Positions 19,562 through 27,490 of a stretch of 44,428 nt of DNA are shown here, piece by piece; positions within the stretch are counted from its first letter, which is position 1; the number at the start of each line of letters is the position of its first letter. This DNA is from Candidatus Binataceae bacterium. GTDB lineage: Bacteria; Desulfobacterota; Binatia; Binatales; Binataceae. Both the position numbers and the translations under genes were made by a program. Under the pieces are notes generated by a model. It was not told where the DNA came from. It saw only the letters and a list, made by a program, of their open reading frames with translations, and searched no databases. The stretch lies in NCBI GenBank assembly GCA_030037595.1, contig JASHQJ010000212.1, forward strand, positions 1 to 44,428. The letters run 5' to 3'.

Positions 19562-20891
19562 GAAAACGCCGCTGGCGGCGCCGGACGGCCATCGCGTCCT
19601 CGAGATGCGCCGAGTCTTCAAGGCCTTCGCCAAGCCGTCCGGCGAACCGCTGCCGGTGCTGGCCGATATCAACCTGGCGATCGGAGAGGGGGAAATCCTC
19701 GGCTTGCTCGGGCGTTCGGGCTCGGGCAAATCGACGCTGCTGCGCATCGCCGGCGGCCTTATCAGGCCCTCTTCCGGTACGGTGCTCTATGGCGGAGAGC
19801 CGCTCCTGGAGCCGGCCGCAGGCATCGCGGTCGTGTTTCAGAGCTTCGCACTGTTTCCGTGGCTTACGGTCGAAGAGAATGTCGAGGCGGGCCTCGATGC
19901 GATCGGGCTGGCAAAACCCGAAGCTCGCCGCCGGTCGCAATCCGCCATCGAATTAATCGGCCTCGACGGTTTCCAGTCCGCTTATCCGCGCGAGCTTTCG
20001 GGTGGGATGCGTCAGCGAGTTGGATTCGCGCGCGCAATGGTGGTCGAGCCGGTTCTGCTCCTGATGGACGAGCCGTTTTCCGCCCTGGACGTGCTCACGG
20101 CGGAATCCTTGCGGACAGATTTCATGGACCTCTGGATCGAGCGACAGCTTCCGACCAAATCGGTCTTGATCGTGACGCACAATATCGATGAGGCGGTCAC
20201 GATGTGCGATCGCATCCTGGTGCTGTCGTCGAATCCGGGACGAATCGCGGCTGAGATACCGGTCTCGCTGGCGCATCCGCGCGATCGGCTGGATGGTGAG
20301 TTTCGCAGTATCGTCGATGAAATCTATTCGATCCTGACCTCACGCACGACCGAGTCGCTCGGCGCCGGCAACCATGTACGCGGAGCATTCGCGCATCCAC
20401 TACCGTTGGTCACGGTCAACCGTTTGATGGGGTTTATCGATACGCTCGCAGCATCGCCCTACAACGGACAGGCCGAGCTTGCCGAAATCGCCGGCACGCT
20501 CTCCCTGGATGTCGCCGCGCTGTTCATGATCGCGGAAGCGCTTCACATGCTGGAATTTGCCGAGCTCAAGGAAAGCGCGATCAAGCTCACTGCCGCTGGC
20601 CGTCTGCTCACGCAGAGCGACACGGAAGAACGTAAGCGATTGTTCCGCGAGCATCTGCTGCGCTTCGTTCCGTTTGCGGCGCACATTCATCACATCCTCA
20701 GCGAGCGCGAAGACCATCGTGCGCCGCGAGAGCGGTTCGAACTTGAACTCGAGGATCACCTCAATCAGGGTGATGCGGAGAATTCTCTGCGTGCAGTAAT
20801 CGGATGGGGCCGCTACGCCGAGCTTTTCGAGTATGACGACGACGCCCGGATCTTTGCGGCGCCCGTTAGCAACGGTGAATCAGCTCTTTGA
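19527..20891 (+). CDS. ABC ATPase, nitrate/sulfonate family, with C-terminal AAA-associated domain (start uncertain)
   Basis: GRSGSGKST, LSGGMRQRVGFAR, LMDEPFSALD, VTHNIDEAV; C-terminal IGWGRYAELFEYD. Confidence 0.9.
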   Translation: MPSQNAERGLIEKTPLAAPDGHRVLEMRRVFKAFAKPSGEPLPVLADINLAIGEGEILGLLGRSGSGKSTLLRIAGGLIRPSSGTVLYGGEPLLEPAAGIAVVFQSFALFPWLTVEENVEAGLDAIGLAKPEARRRSQSAIELIGLDGFQSAYPRELSGGMRQRVGFARAMVVEPVLLLMDEPFSALDVLTAESLRTDFMDLWIERQLPTKSVLIVTHNIDEAVTMCDRILVLSSNPGRIAAEIPVSLAHPRDRLDGEFRSIVDEIYSILTSRTTESLGAGNHVRGAFAHPLPLVTVNRLMGFIDTLAASPYNGQAELAEIAGTLSLDVAALFMIAEALHMLEFAELKESAIKLTAAGRLLTQSDTEERKRLFREHLLRFVPFAAHIHHILSEREDHRAPRERFELELEDHLNQGDAENSLRAVIGWGRYAELFEYDDDARIFAAPVSNGESAL

Positions 20892-20939
20892 TACTCTTGG
20901 TCGAATGCAACCGCATAGCCCGACATCCAGGAGACAACC

Positions 20940-21586
20940 ATGCTGGAGGGAATAACACGTATTCCGCCAGTCGACGTCGAGACCCGCCCCGACAGACTTG
21001 GGCGAAGCACTTGAGGAACAGCGCAAGCGCTTCGGCGCTCCTCTCCATCCATATCTCTTCTATGCGCGCAACCCGGCATATTCCGCGCCGCGCAGGCGAT
21101 GTGGACTGCAGTAGAGCAAGCCCCAGAGCAAGTACCCGGTACGCTTAGAGGGCTGCTCAACGGTCGCGTTGCCCGGTGGAATGGCTGTGAGTTCTGAATG
21201 GACTCCAACGCTGTCGTTGGCAGCAGACTTGGCGTCCAAACGAAAGGATCGAGGCTCTCAACGACTATGTGAAGAGTCCCCTCTTCACAGACACGGAGAA
21301 AGTGGCGCTCAAACACGCGGATGCGATCACCGATACCCGACGCGACGTCGAAGACAAACTATTCGCGCGTCTACAAAAGCACTATGACGATGACACTATC
21401 GCAGAGTTGACGATAATCATCGCGTGGGAGAACTTCTCCTCGAGCCTCAACCGGGCATTCCGGATACCATCGCAGTGCTTCTGGAAGCCGCGACCGACCG
21501 GCACGCTTGATGCTACGCACGATTCAACCGCGTATGCCTGCCGGTTCCGAATACAACCAGTGCCTCCAGGATATCGCTGCGCGTGA
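20940..21586 (+). pseudogene. AhpD/CMD-like redox protein with CxxU motif; three frameshifts
   Basis: AGGAG RBS + ATG 20940. Stitched: MLEGITRIPPVDVET/APTDLGEALEEQRKRFGAPLHPYLFYARNPA/FRAAQAMW...RVARWNGCEF*MDSNAVVGSRLGV/NERIEALNDYVKSPLFTDTEKVALKHADAIT...IAWENFSSSLNRAFRIPSQ; shifts near 20985, 21080 and 21238. Confidence 0.8.
21195..21238 (+). promoter_or_regulatory. In-frame UGA plus bacterial SECIS-like hairpin
   Basis: TGA 21195-21197; TGGAC/GTCCA, CCAA/TTGG and GCTGTC/GGCAGC stems with a G-initial apical loop (GTT) 18 nt after the UGA. Confidence 0.65.
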
Positions 21587-22019
21587 CGATACCGACGGCA
21601 CGGCCACCATCGGTGATCGGCACTGATCCGATTCGCTGCAGACGCATCACCTCGGCGGCGTTGATCAAGGTGCTGTGCGGAGCGAGGGCGATCGCCGGAT
21701 GGGTCATCACCGATCCGACCAGGGTCTTTCCGTTGACCTTAGCTGCATCCGTTGCGGGGATAGGCGCGCCAGCTGCGGTTAATCCAGGACCTCGAAGGTC
21801 CCGATCGGTTACAATGCCAACCAGCTTGCCCTCGCTGATCACCGGCAGCTGATTGATTCGATGTGTGCGTAACAGCGCGCGAGCCTGATCGACCGAGTCA
21901 TTCGGACCGACCGTGTAAAGCTTAGAAGTCATCCAGTCTTCGCAAGTAAGGAAAGTGATGTTTTTTCGTGTCGATTCCTGATGCTTCGAGTCTTTGTGCG
22001 CCGCGTCGGATGCAACCAT
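21513..22019 (-). CDS. CBS-pair domain protein (start uncertain)
   Basis: DWMT..L.TV.P, INQLPV..GKLVGIVTDRDL, IGSVPI..VGIVTRSDIL. Confidence 0.88.
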   Translation of the reverse strand: MVASDAAHKDSKHQESTRKNITFLTCEDWMTSKLYTVGPNDSVDQARALLRTHRINQLPVISEGKLVGIVTDRDLRGPGLTAAGAPIPATDAAKVNGKTLVGSVMTHPAIALAPHSTLINAAEVMRLQRIGSVPITDGGRAVGIVTRSDILEALVVFGTGRHTRLNRA

Positions 22020-22072
22020 GACACTTTCCTCGCCAAGACTAATTGCGCCGGTCGGACCTTTGGCGTCTGTAC

Positions 22073-22486
22073 TTACTTTGCTTGCAGGCTCTCGACGTAG
22101 GTCACGATCGCGTCGATTCTTTTCTTCACGGCGGCGTCACTCGCAGGATTGAATCCTTCGCCGGGATTCTGAAGCTTGACCGCGAAAAACGGCATCTCTA
22201 GCCGCTCATGAGAAGGGATTGCCTTGCGGCCATCCACGATGTCAACGACTTCATCGAACGGAAACTTGCCGCCGTGCAATGCCGCAAGCAGGGTTATGTC
22301 TGCCGGCTTCGTGGACATGCCGATCGTTTTATTCGCAGGACCATTACCCTTGCCGTCGGCACCGTGACAGTCGGCGCAGTAGGTATCATAGTCCTGCTTG
22401 CCGGATTGCGCCGCCGCAATTGAGAAGGAAGCTGCGATGACGGTCGCCAGGAGTGCCCCGCCGACGAGGTATCTTCGACGGTTCAT
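22073..22486 (-). CDS. Monoheme c-type cytochrome
   Basis: Signal peptide MNRRRYLVGG...AAAQ; CADCH; distal EMP; GAGGAGG RBS; ATGA overlap with the upstream gene. Confidence 0.88.
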   Translation of the reverse strand: MNRRRYLVGGALLATVIAASFSIAAAQSGKQDYDTYCADCHGADGKGNGPANKTIGMSTKPADITLLAALHGGKFPFDEVVDIVDGRKAIPSHERLEMPFFAVKLQNPGEGFNPASDAAVKKRIDAIVTYVESLQAK

Positions 22487-22869
22487 CCCTCCTCGTCTCC
22501 ACCGGTAATTTCTTCTTCGCCGCCCGCCGGCCCTCTCGGCGCACGCGACTTCACGTCGCGGCGAAGTTCGCGCAGATGGTCCTCGAGGCGCCGCCGCGCA
22601 GCGTCGAATGCCTCTCTGATCGCCACCGGGAGGTCTTCCGCGTGTTGCTTGTTGATCGATATTTCTGCCTGGGGCGTTCGGAGATCGATGCGGACTTTGA
22701 ACGGACCGCCGCGGCGATGATGATGAACCGCCGGCGCTTCGAGCACCACGTGGCACCCGGTGAGCCGTCCGAAGTATTGTTCCAGGGCTGCGGCATGTTG
22801 CTCGATCGTTGTGCGAATCGCGTCCGTCAACTCGAAGTCGCGCGAAGTAATTTGAAGAGGTCGTTGCAT
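22483..22869 (-). CDS. HPF/RaiA family ribosome-associated protein (short form)
   Basis: MQRPLQITSRDF, LTGCHVVLEAP..HHRRG..F.VRIDL, EDL.VAIREAFD.ARRRLED. Confidence 0.85.
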   Translation of the reverse strand: MQRPLQITSRDFELTDAIRTTIEQHAAALEQYFGRLTGCHVVLEAPAVHHHRRGGPFKVRIDLRTPQAEISINKQHAEDLPVAIREAFDAARRRLEDHLRELRRDVKSRAPRGPAGGEEEITGGDEEG

Positions 22870-22898
22870 TTTTGGTTCCTTCTGCCAGGTACTTCTAT

Positions 22899-23078
22899 CT
22901 AGTGCGTCATCTTCCACAAGATCTCGGCTTCAGCCTGCAGCCAATCCTGCGTCTCGTCTCCCGGGCCGCCATGTCGTGCCAGGTACAATTCGTAGGCGCG
23001 CTTGCGAATCTCTTCGTGACAGCCCGAGGCGATGCCGGCCTTGGTCGATTTTTCCGCGGGGATTTTGTCGTCTTCCAT
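22899..23078 (-). CDS. DUF2934-like small protein (59 aa), absent from the ORF track
   Basis: MEDDKIPAEKSTKAGIASGCHEEIRKRAYELYLARHGGPGDETQDWLQAEAEILWKMTH*; I..RAYELY..R.....DWLQAE.EI signature. Confidence 0.82.
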   Translation of the reverse strand: MEDDKIPAEKSTKAGIASGCHEEIRKRAYELYLARHGGPGDETQDWLQAEAEILWKMTH

Positions 23079-23167
23079 TTGATTACCCCATTTGCATCTG
23101 ACTTTGTCGCCGCTTGGCGGGCGGGTGCTTCGGCTAAAGCATCCGCCCGCTGCCGGGAGTCGGAGGC

Positions 23168-23683
23168 TTAAGCGGCGCTTTTCTTCTCGGCGTTGCCTTT
23201 CGGCGCTTCGACTTGGATCTTCACTTCCTTCGGAATAGCTTCCTTGGGCATCGGCGCCGTAAGTTCGAGCACGCCGTCATGATAGGTGGCCTTCAGATCA
23301 TCAGCTTTGATGCCCTCAGGCAACGAGATTGAGCGTTCGAAAGAACCATAGCGGATCTCGCGCCGCAGGTAGTCAGCCTTCTTGGTCTCGCTCTTTTCCT
23401 CGCGTGAACCTTTGATCGTCAGCATGTCGCCCACGACCTTGATATCGACGTTCTTGGGATCGATACCCGGCAGGTCGGTGCGGACGATCAACTTGCCGTC
23501 CTCGACGCGCGATTCGATCGCGGGGCGCATCGTGCCACCGGTTTGCCAATCGGCGAACAGGTCGCGGCCCGGGAAGCGGCCGAACCAGTCGCGATCAAAG
23601 CCGAAGCGCTCCAGCAGTTCGTCAAACTCATTCCGAAATCGATCCAGCTCCCTTGCCGGTCTCCACTTTTCAAGCAATCCCAT
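23168..23683 (-). CDS. Hsp20 / alpha-crystallin small heat-shock protein
   Basis: DLPGIDPKNVDI, LTIKGSR, EIRYGSFERSISLP, ATYHDGVLEL..P; AGGAGG RBS before ATG 23683. Confidence 0.93.
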   Translation of the reverse strand: MGLLEKWRPARELDRFRNEFDELLERFGFDRDWFGRFPGRDLFADWQTGGTMRPAIESRVEDGKLIVRTDLPGIDPKNVDIKVVGDMLTIKGSREEKSETKKADYLRREIRYGSFERSISLPEGIKADDLKATYHDGVLELTAPMPKEAIPKEVKIQVEAPKGNAEKKSAA

Positions 23684-23787
23684 TGTCGTTTGCCTCCTAC
23701 TGCTTTCTATTTTCCGCCCGCACGGAATACGTGGCGGTGTTTGTTGCACTTAAGATTCCCGATACTTAAAGCCCATTGAATTCGGGG

Positions 23788-24009
23788 TTACGCGCCCGGA
23801 GTATGAACACGCCCCGCGCTTCGTGGACCCTCGGACCTTTCGTTGATTCCGAGCCATTCGCTCAACGCCAACCAGAATCCGTGTCGAGATCGCTCGAGAC
23901 GTTTCGTTCGCAACACTTTCATGCGATCGCGGCGGTAGATTTCTTCTTCCGCGGCCGAGCGCAAAGCTCGGCGTGCGCGGGCGGCTTCGATTGAGATGCA
24001 TTTACCCAT
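23788..24009 (-). CDS. Small hypothetical protein (73 aa)
   Basis: MGKCISIEAARARR...GFWLALSEWLG; GGAGG upstream; overlaps the DUF2267 stop; its 5' part recurs at 24563. Confidence 0.5.
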   Translation of the reverse strand: MGKCISIEAARARRALRSAAEEEIYRRDRMKVLRTKRLERSRHGFWLALSEWLGINERSEGPRSAGRVHTPGA

Positions 24010-24451
24010 TGTCGTTGAACCTCCCCACCTCCTGGGTAAACTCCTCATCTGCTGCGGCCAGCCATAGCTCTCTCAATTTGGAGGGTAACTGGCTAAAGAC
24101 ATGACGAGCTTTGCCTTCGAGTCCAGTAGGACTGCTGAGCGCTTCCTGGAGCAGGCGAAAAACGCAAACTACCGCATCCTCGGCGTGGCGCAGATCCTCA
24201 AGCCCAACCATACGCTGAACCTCTTCGAGGAGCTGGCAGCCAGTTACAGAGCTAGCTCCGCGCCCGGGACAATAAAATGACATCCAGAGCATCTTCAGCG
24301 ACGTGGGCAACTGGGCGGCTACGTCCGCTGCTTCAGCCGGCGTCAGACGATCGCGCAACTCCTGCAATACGGCGAAGATAAGAATCTCGGCCCTGCGTTC
24401 GTCACACCCGAATCGTTCAGCAACTTCCTGCACGAATGCCCCGTCTTTCAT
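24002..24451 (-). CDS. DUF2267-like protein, copy 1
   Basis: FVQEVAER...AVLQELRDRLTPAEAADVAAQLP...VFRLLQEAL...HVFSQLPSKLRELW; internally repeated helical motif. Confidence 0.82.
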   Translation of the reverse strand: MKDGAFVQEVAERFGCDERRAEILIFAVLQELRDRLTPAEAADVAAQLPTSLKMLWMSFYCPGRGASSVTGCQLLEEVQRMVGLEDLRHAEDAVVCVFRLLQEALSSPTGLEGKARHVFSQLPSKLRELWLAAADEEFTQEVGRFNDNG

Positions 24452-24563
24452 CGAGCTTCTCCATTGAAACCTGAAGGTCACAGCACCAATGACTTGCCTC
24501 CGCTGCAGGCGAGCGAAATGCGTGGCGTGCGGGGGCCCGCGTTTCGATTGAGATGCACCCCAT
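24417..24563 (-). pseudogene. Truncated duplicate of the 23788-24009 small ORF
   Basis: MGCISIETRAPARHAFRSPAAE matches MGKCISIEAARARRALRSAAEE, then diverges and runs into copy 1. Confidence 0.45.
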
Positions 24564-24585
24564 CGTCGTTGAACCTCCGCGCCGC

Positions 24586-25005
24586 TTAAGCGAGGTCCTC
24601 GTCTGCTGCGGCCAGCCAGAGTTCCTTGAGGTCGGAGGGCAACTGGCTGAATACGTGGCGAGCTTCGCCTTCGAGTCCGGTCGGACTGCTGAGCGCTTCC
24701 TGGAGGACGCGAAAAACGCAAACCACGGCAGTTTCCGCGTCGCGCAGATCCTCAAGCCCAACCATACGCTGGACCTCCTCGAGGAATTGGTAGCCATCCA
24801 CACGTTTAACGCCGCGGCCGGGATAATCAAAGGACTTCCAGAGCATCTTCAATGAGGTCGGCAACTGGGCCGCAGCGTCCGCTGCTTCCGTTGGTGTCAG
24901 ACGATCTCGCAACTCCTGCAGTACGGCGAAGATCAGAATTTCGGCCCTGCGTTCATCACATCCGAATCGTTCAGCCACTTCTCTCACGAATACTTTGTCT
25001 TTCAT
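24586..25005 (-). CDS. DUF2267-like protein, copy 2
   Basis: Paralog of 24002-24451; TAA at the codon that is CAG in copy 1 makes it 10 aa shorter. Confidence 0.82.
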   Translation of the reverse strand: MKDKVFVREVAERFGCDERRAEILIFAVLQELRDRLTPTEAADAAAQLPTSLKMLWKSFDYPGRGVKRVDGYQFLEEVQRMVGLEDLRDAETAVVCVFRVLQEALSSPTGLEGEARHVFSQLPSDLKELWLAAADEDLA

Positions 25006-25163
25006 CGATCTTCTCCACTAAAGCGACGCGCCAGAGACTTTGCCTGCTGAGCCTGGAATTGAGTCCATGCGAGCAGCCAGGGAATCGAACCCGCGAAAAT
25101 CCGAAGTGTGAAGAGCATGTTCATGACCTCACCCCTGATGGATTGGGCTCGGCTTGCCTGTGC

Positions 25164-25550
25164 TCAGGCCGCCAACTTTTGAGCTCCCGCGGTGGGGAGA
25201 ACCCGGTAGCGCTTCAGGTAAGAGCTGCGCGCATCGAGAGACTTGAGACCTTTCAGCAGCTTGCCCGAATCGATTCCCAGCAGATCACATACGTTCTGGA
25301 AGTCGAACAGAGCGCGCGCTGATTGAGCAGGCTCGAACCAATCACGCACCTCCTCGAACTTTCTGCGCTGTGCCGCATTCGAACAGCTGCGATTCGCGAC
25401 GTAGGTTCTGATCGCGTCCTCAAGGACGGCCCACAGCAGGCGATATTCACCCTCGGGAATTGAGGAGCGGCGCCTGACCAGATCGTCGTACTGGCAGGGA
25501 AGAATCGCGTCGGTGAGGTCTTCGTTTGCGAGTTCGATTCGGCTCTTCAT
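25164..25550 (-). CDS. Hypothetical helical protein (128 aa)
   Basis: MKSRIELANEDLTDAILPCQY...EGEYRLLWAVLEDAI...EEVRDWF...FDFQNVCDLLGID; first gene after a sigma54 promoter; the long upstream extension in the ORF track is judged spurious. Confidence 0.75.
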   Translation of the reverse strand: MKSRIELANEDLTDAILPCQYDDLVRRRSSIPEGEYRLLWAVLEDAIRTYVANRSCSNAAQRRKFEEVRDWFEPAQSARALFDFQNVCDLLGIDSGKLLKGLKSLDARSSYLKRYRVLPTAGAQKLAA

Positions 25551-25618
25551 CTCGGTCTTCCCGTTTCGCTTTGTTTGCCTTGCGTTGGCTGTTTTGTTCG
25601 TTCGCAGAGCAGCCCATG

Positions 25619-25634
25619 TGCACGGCGCGTGCCA
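25619..25634 (-). promoter_or_regulatory. Sigma54 -24/-12 promoter of the leftward operon
   Basis: Minus strand TGGCACGCGCCGTGCA, exact GG-N10-GC, about 70 nt before ATG 25550. Confidence 0.75.
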
Positions 25635-25751
25635 TCGACATTTCCTTGCAACTGCGATGATGATCGTTAGGAAACTGGGGCATCCGCGCCCCACCCTGCG
25701 GCTATGGTTCCACAGGCGGAGCTGGAGGAATCGATCCGCCGGATGACCTCC

Positions 25752-25771
25752 ATTCCCGCACCAATGGGAAT
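25752..25771. promoter_or_regulatory. Candidate upstream activator site
   Basis: ATTCCC-N8-GGGAAT palindrome between two divergent sigma54-like promoters. Confidence 0.4.
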
Positions 25772-25831
25772 AAAGCAAAATTTGAACGGACTTCGATGCT
25801 GGCTGCGCGGTTACGTTTAACCCCCCGGACG

Positions 25832-25847
25832 CGGCACGGATTGTGAA
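25832..25847 (+). promoter_or_regulatory. Possible sigma54 promoter with -12 GA variant
   Basis: CGGCACGGATTGTGAA (GG-N10-GA), just upstream of the AGGAG RBS and GTG 25873. Confidence 0.45.
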
Positions 25848-25872
25848 TTGGTCCACCGTGGCAGGAGTTCCG

Positions 25873-26328
25873 GTGAACCAATCGACCAAAACGATCCTCG
25901 ACAACAATGGTGTCGTCCAGCCGGCACTCCGGGAGGCGCCGACTTTGGCCCATATACTATTAATCGTTGACGATGAAACAGAAGTCGCAGACACGTGCGC
26001 GCGCGTCCTGAAAAGAGCCGGCTTCGATTGCGTCGTCGCCAATGACGCACCGGCAGCGTTCGAGCTGTTTGATACGACGCACCCGGTGCTGGTCCTTTCG
26101 GACATCAACCTTCCCAATGGCAGTGGCTTCGAGATCGCGCGCTACGTTCGCGGCCGATCCCCGATCACGCCCGTGATTCTCATGACCGCGCAGCACACCG
26201 GCCAGGTCGCCGATCAGGCGGCGCGCGCGGGAGCTTCGCGTTACCTGCGCAAGCCATTTTCCAACGCTGATCTGACGGCCATCGTTAAATCCCTGCTGGA
26301 AGTCGATCCCGGAGCAGGAATCGTTTGA
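25873..26328 (+). CDS. Single-domain response regulator (receiver)
   Basis: LIVDDE, VLSDINLP..SGF, ILMTA, YLRKPF; start moved to GTG 25873 with AGGAG RBS. Confidence 0.87.
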   Translation: MNQSTKTILDNNGVVQPALREAPTLAHILLIVDDETEVADTCARVLKRAGFDCVVANDAPAAFELFDTTHPVLVLSDINLPNGSGFEIARYVRGRSPITPVILMTAQHTGQVADQAARAGASRYLRKPFSNADLTAIVKSLLEVDPGAGIV

Positions 26329-26349
26329 CCGGGCGGGGCTCAGGCGCCG

Positions 26350-27489
26350 ATGAAACAGATCTTCACACTCGCCTACAAGCTTCTGGTTAGCGACCGGGGC
26401 AAATACATGGCGCTCCTGGTGGGAACAACCTTCTCGGTTTTTCTCATCGTTCAAATGACATCGTCCTTCGCCGGCATCCTCACTAAGGCATCCGCCACCG
26501 TGATCAACGTCGGTGCGAAGGTCTGGGTAATGGACCCAGCCGCGACCAATACCGTGTTCGGCAGCATTCCTATGCCTGATTACGTGCTGGACGCGGTGCG
26601 AAGCATCAACGGTGTCAAATATGCAGTCCCGCTCTCCGTCAATTCGGCGATGTTGAGGCTACACGATGGCGCCTATCAGGCGGCCACGGTAATCGGTCTA
26701 GATGACACCAGTTTGCTCGGGAGACCGAAGCTATTGCAGGGTGACATCGACGATATCTTCGCCGAAAATGGATTCATAGCGGTGAAAGACGAGGAATTTC
26801 CCAAGCTCGGGAACCCAACGGTCGGAACCGAATTCGAACTGAACGATTATCGCGGCAAAATCGTAGGCATTGCCACGGTACCCACCGGCGCCCTTTTTGG
26901 TACTCCGACGCTCTACACCACTTACTACCGGTCGATCACTTATATACCCTCAATGCGCTTTACCATTTCCTATATTCTGGTTGAGCCCAAGGCTAACTCA
27001 GATATCCCGTACATCAAGCGCCAAGTCGCGGCACTTGGTTACCTCGCCATGACAAACCGGGAATTCCAAACCGGAATTTCCAACTATCTCAAATACAGGA
27101 CCAGCATCGGCACCAACACGCTCTTGATGACCGTCATAAGCTTTCTCGTGGGCCTCTCAATAACCGGCCAGACCTTTTACACGTTCATTCTCGAAAACCT
27201 CGAACACTTCGGGGCGCTTAAAGCAATGGGCGCCAAGGGCCGTGAGTTGGTCTACGTGATCATCTTCCAGGCGGGATTTACCGCACTCGTCGGCTATGGT
27301 CTCGGAATTGGCCTCGCGACGCTGCTGATAACCGCCGCGAAGCTCAGGTTGCCGGAATACGCGTCGCGCGTGACCTTCACCAATCTGGGCCTGGCCTTTG
27401 TTCTGGTTGTGATAATCGCGAGTGCCTCCGGTTATGCCGGCGTGCGTAGGGTACTGAAGATCGAACCATTCGATATTTTCCGGGGATGA
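26350..27489 (+). CDS. ABC exporter permease (MacB/FtsX/DevC-like)
   Basis: TM1 + large periplasmic loop + 3 TM; GQTFY.F..ENL..FGALKAMGA, IEPFDIFRG. Confidence 0.88.
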   Translation: MKQIFTLAYKLLVSDRGKYMALLVGTTFSVFLIVQMTSSFAGILTKASATVINVGAKVWVMDPAATNTVFGSIPMPDYVLDAVRSINGVKYAVPLSVNSAMLRLHDGAYQAATVIGLDDTSLLGRPKLLQGDIDDIFAENGFIAVKDEEFPKLGNPTVGTEFELNDYRGKIVGIATVPTGALFGTPTLYTTYYRSITYIPSMRFTISYILVEPKANSDIPYIKRQVAALGYLAMTNREFQTGISNYLKYRTSIGTNTLLMTVISFLVGLSITGQTFYTFILENLEHFGALKAMGAKGRELVYVIIFQAGFTALVGYGLGIGLATLLITAAKLRLPEYASRVTFTNLGLAFVLVVIIASASGYAGVRRVLKIEPFDIFRG

Positions 27490-27490
27490 C

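Larger units (their letters stand above)
23950..25020. repeat. Diverged tandem duplication, period about 554 bp
   Basis: Starts at 25005/24451 and 24563/24009 are both 554 bp apart; the proteins and upstream TGGAGAAG RBS are near-identical. Confidence 0.9.

Noticed and set aside
20940-21260. Programmed frameshifting in the AhpD-like gene
   Set aside because: Three shifts in mixed directions without classic slippery heptamers; decay or sequencing error is simpler
25551-26117. 189-aa N-terminal extension of the 25164 ORF
   Set aside because: Antisense to the receiver gene and spans the promoter region; ATG 25550 fits better
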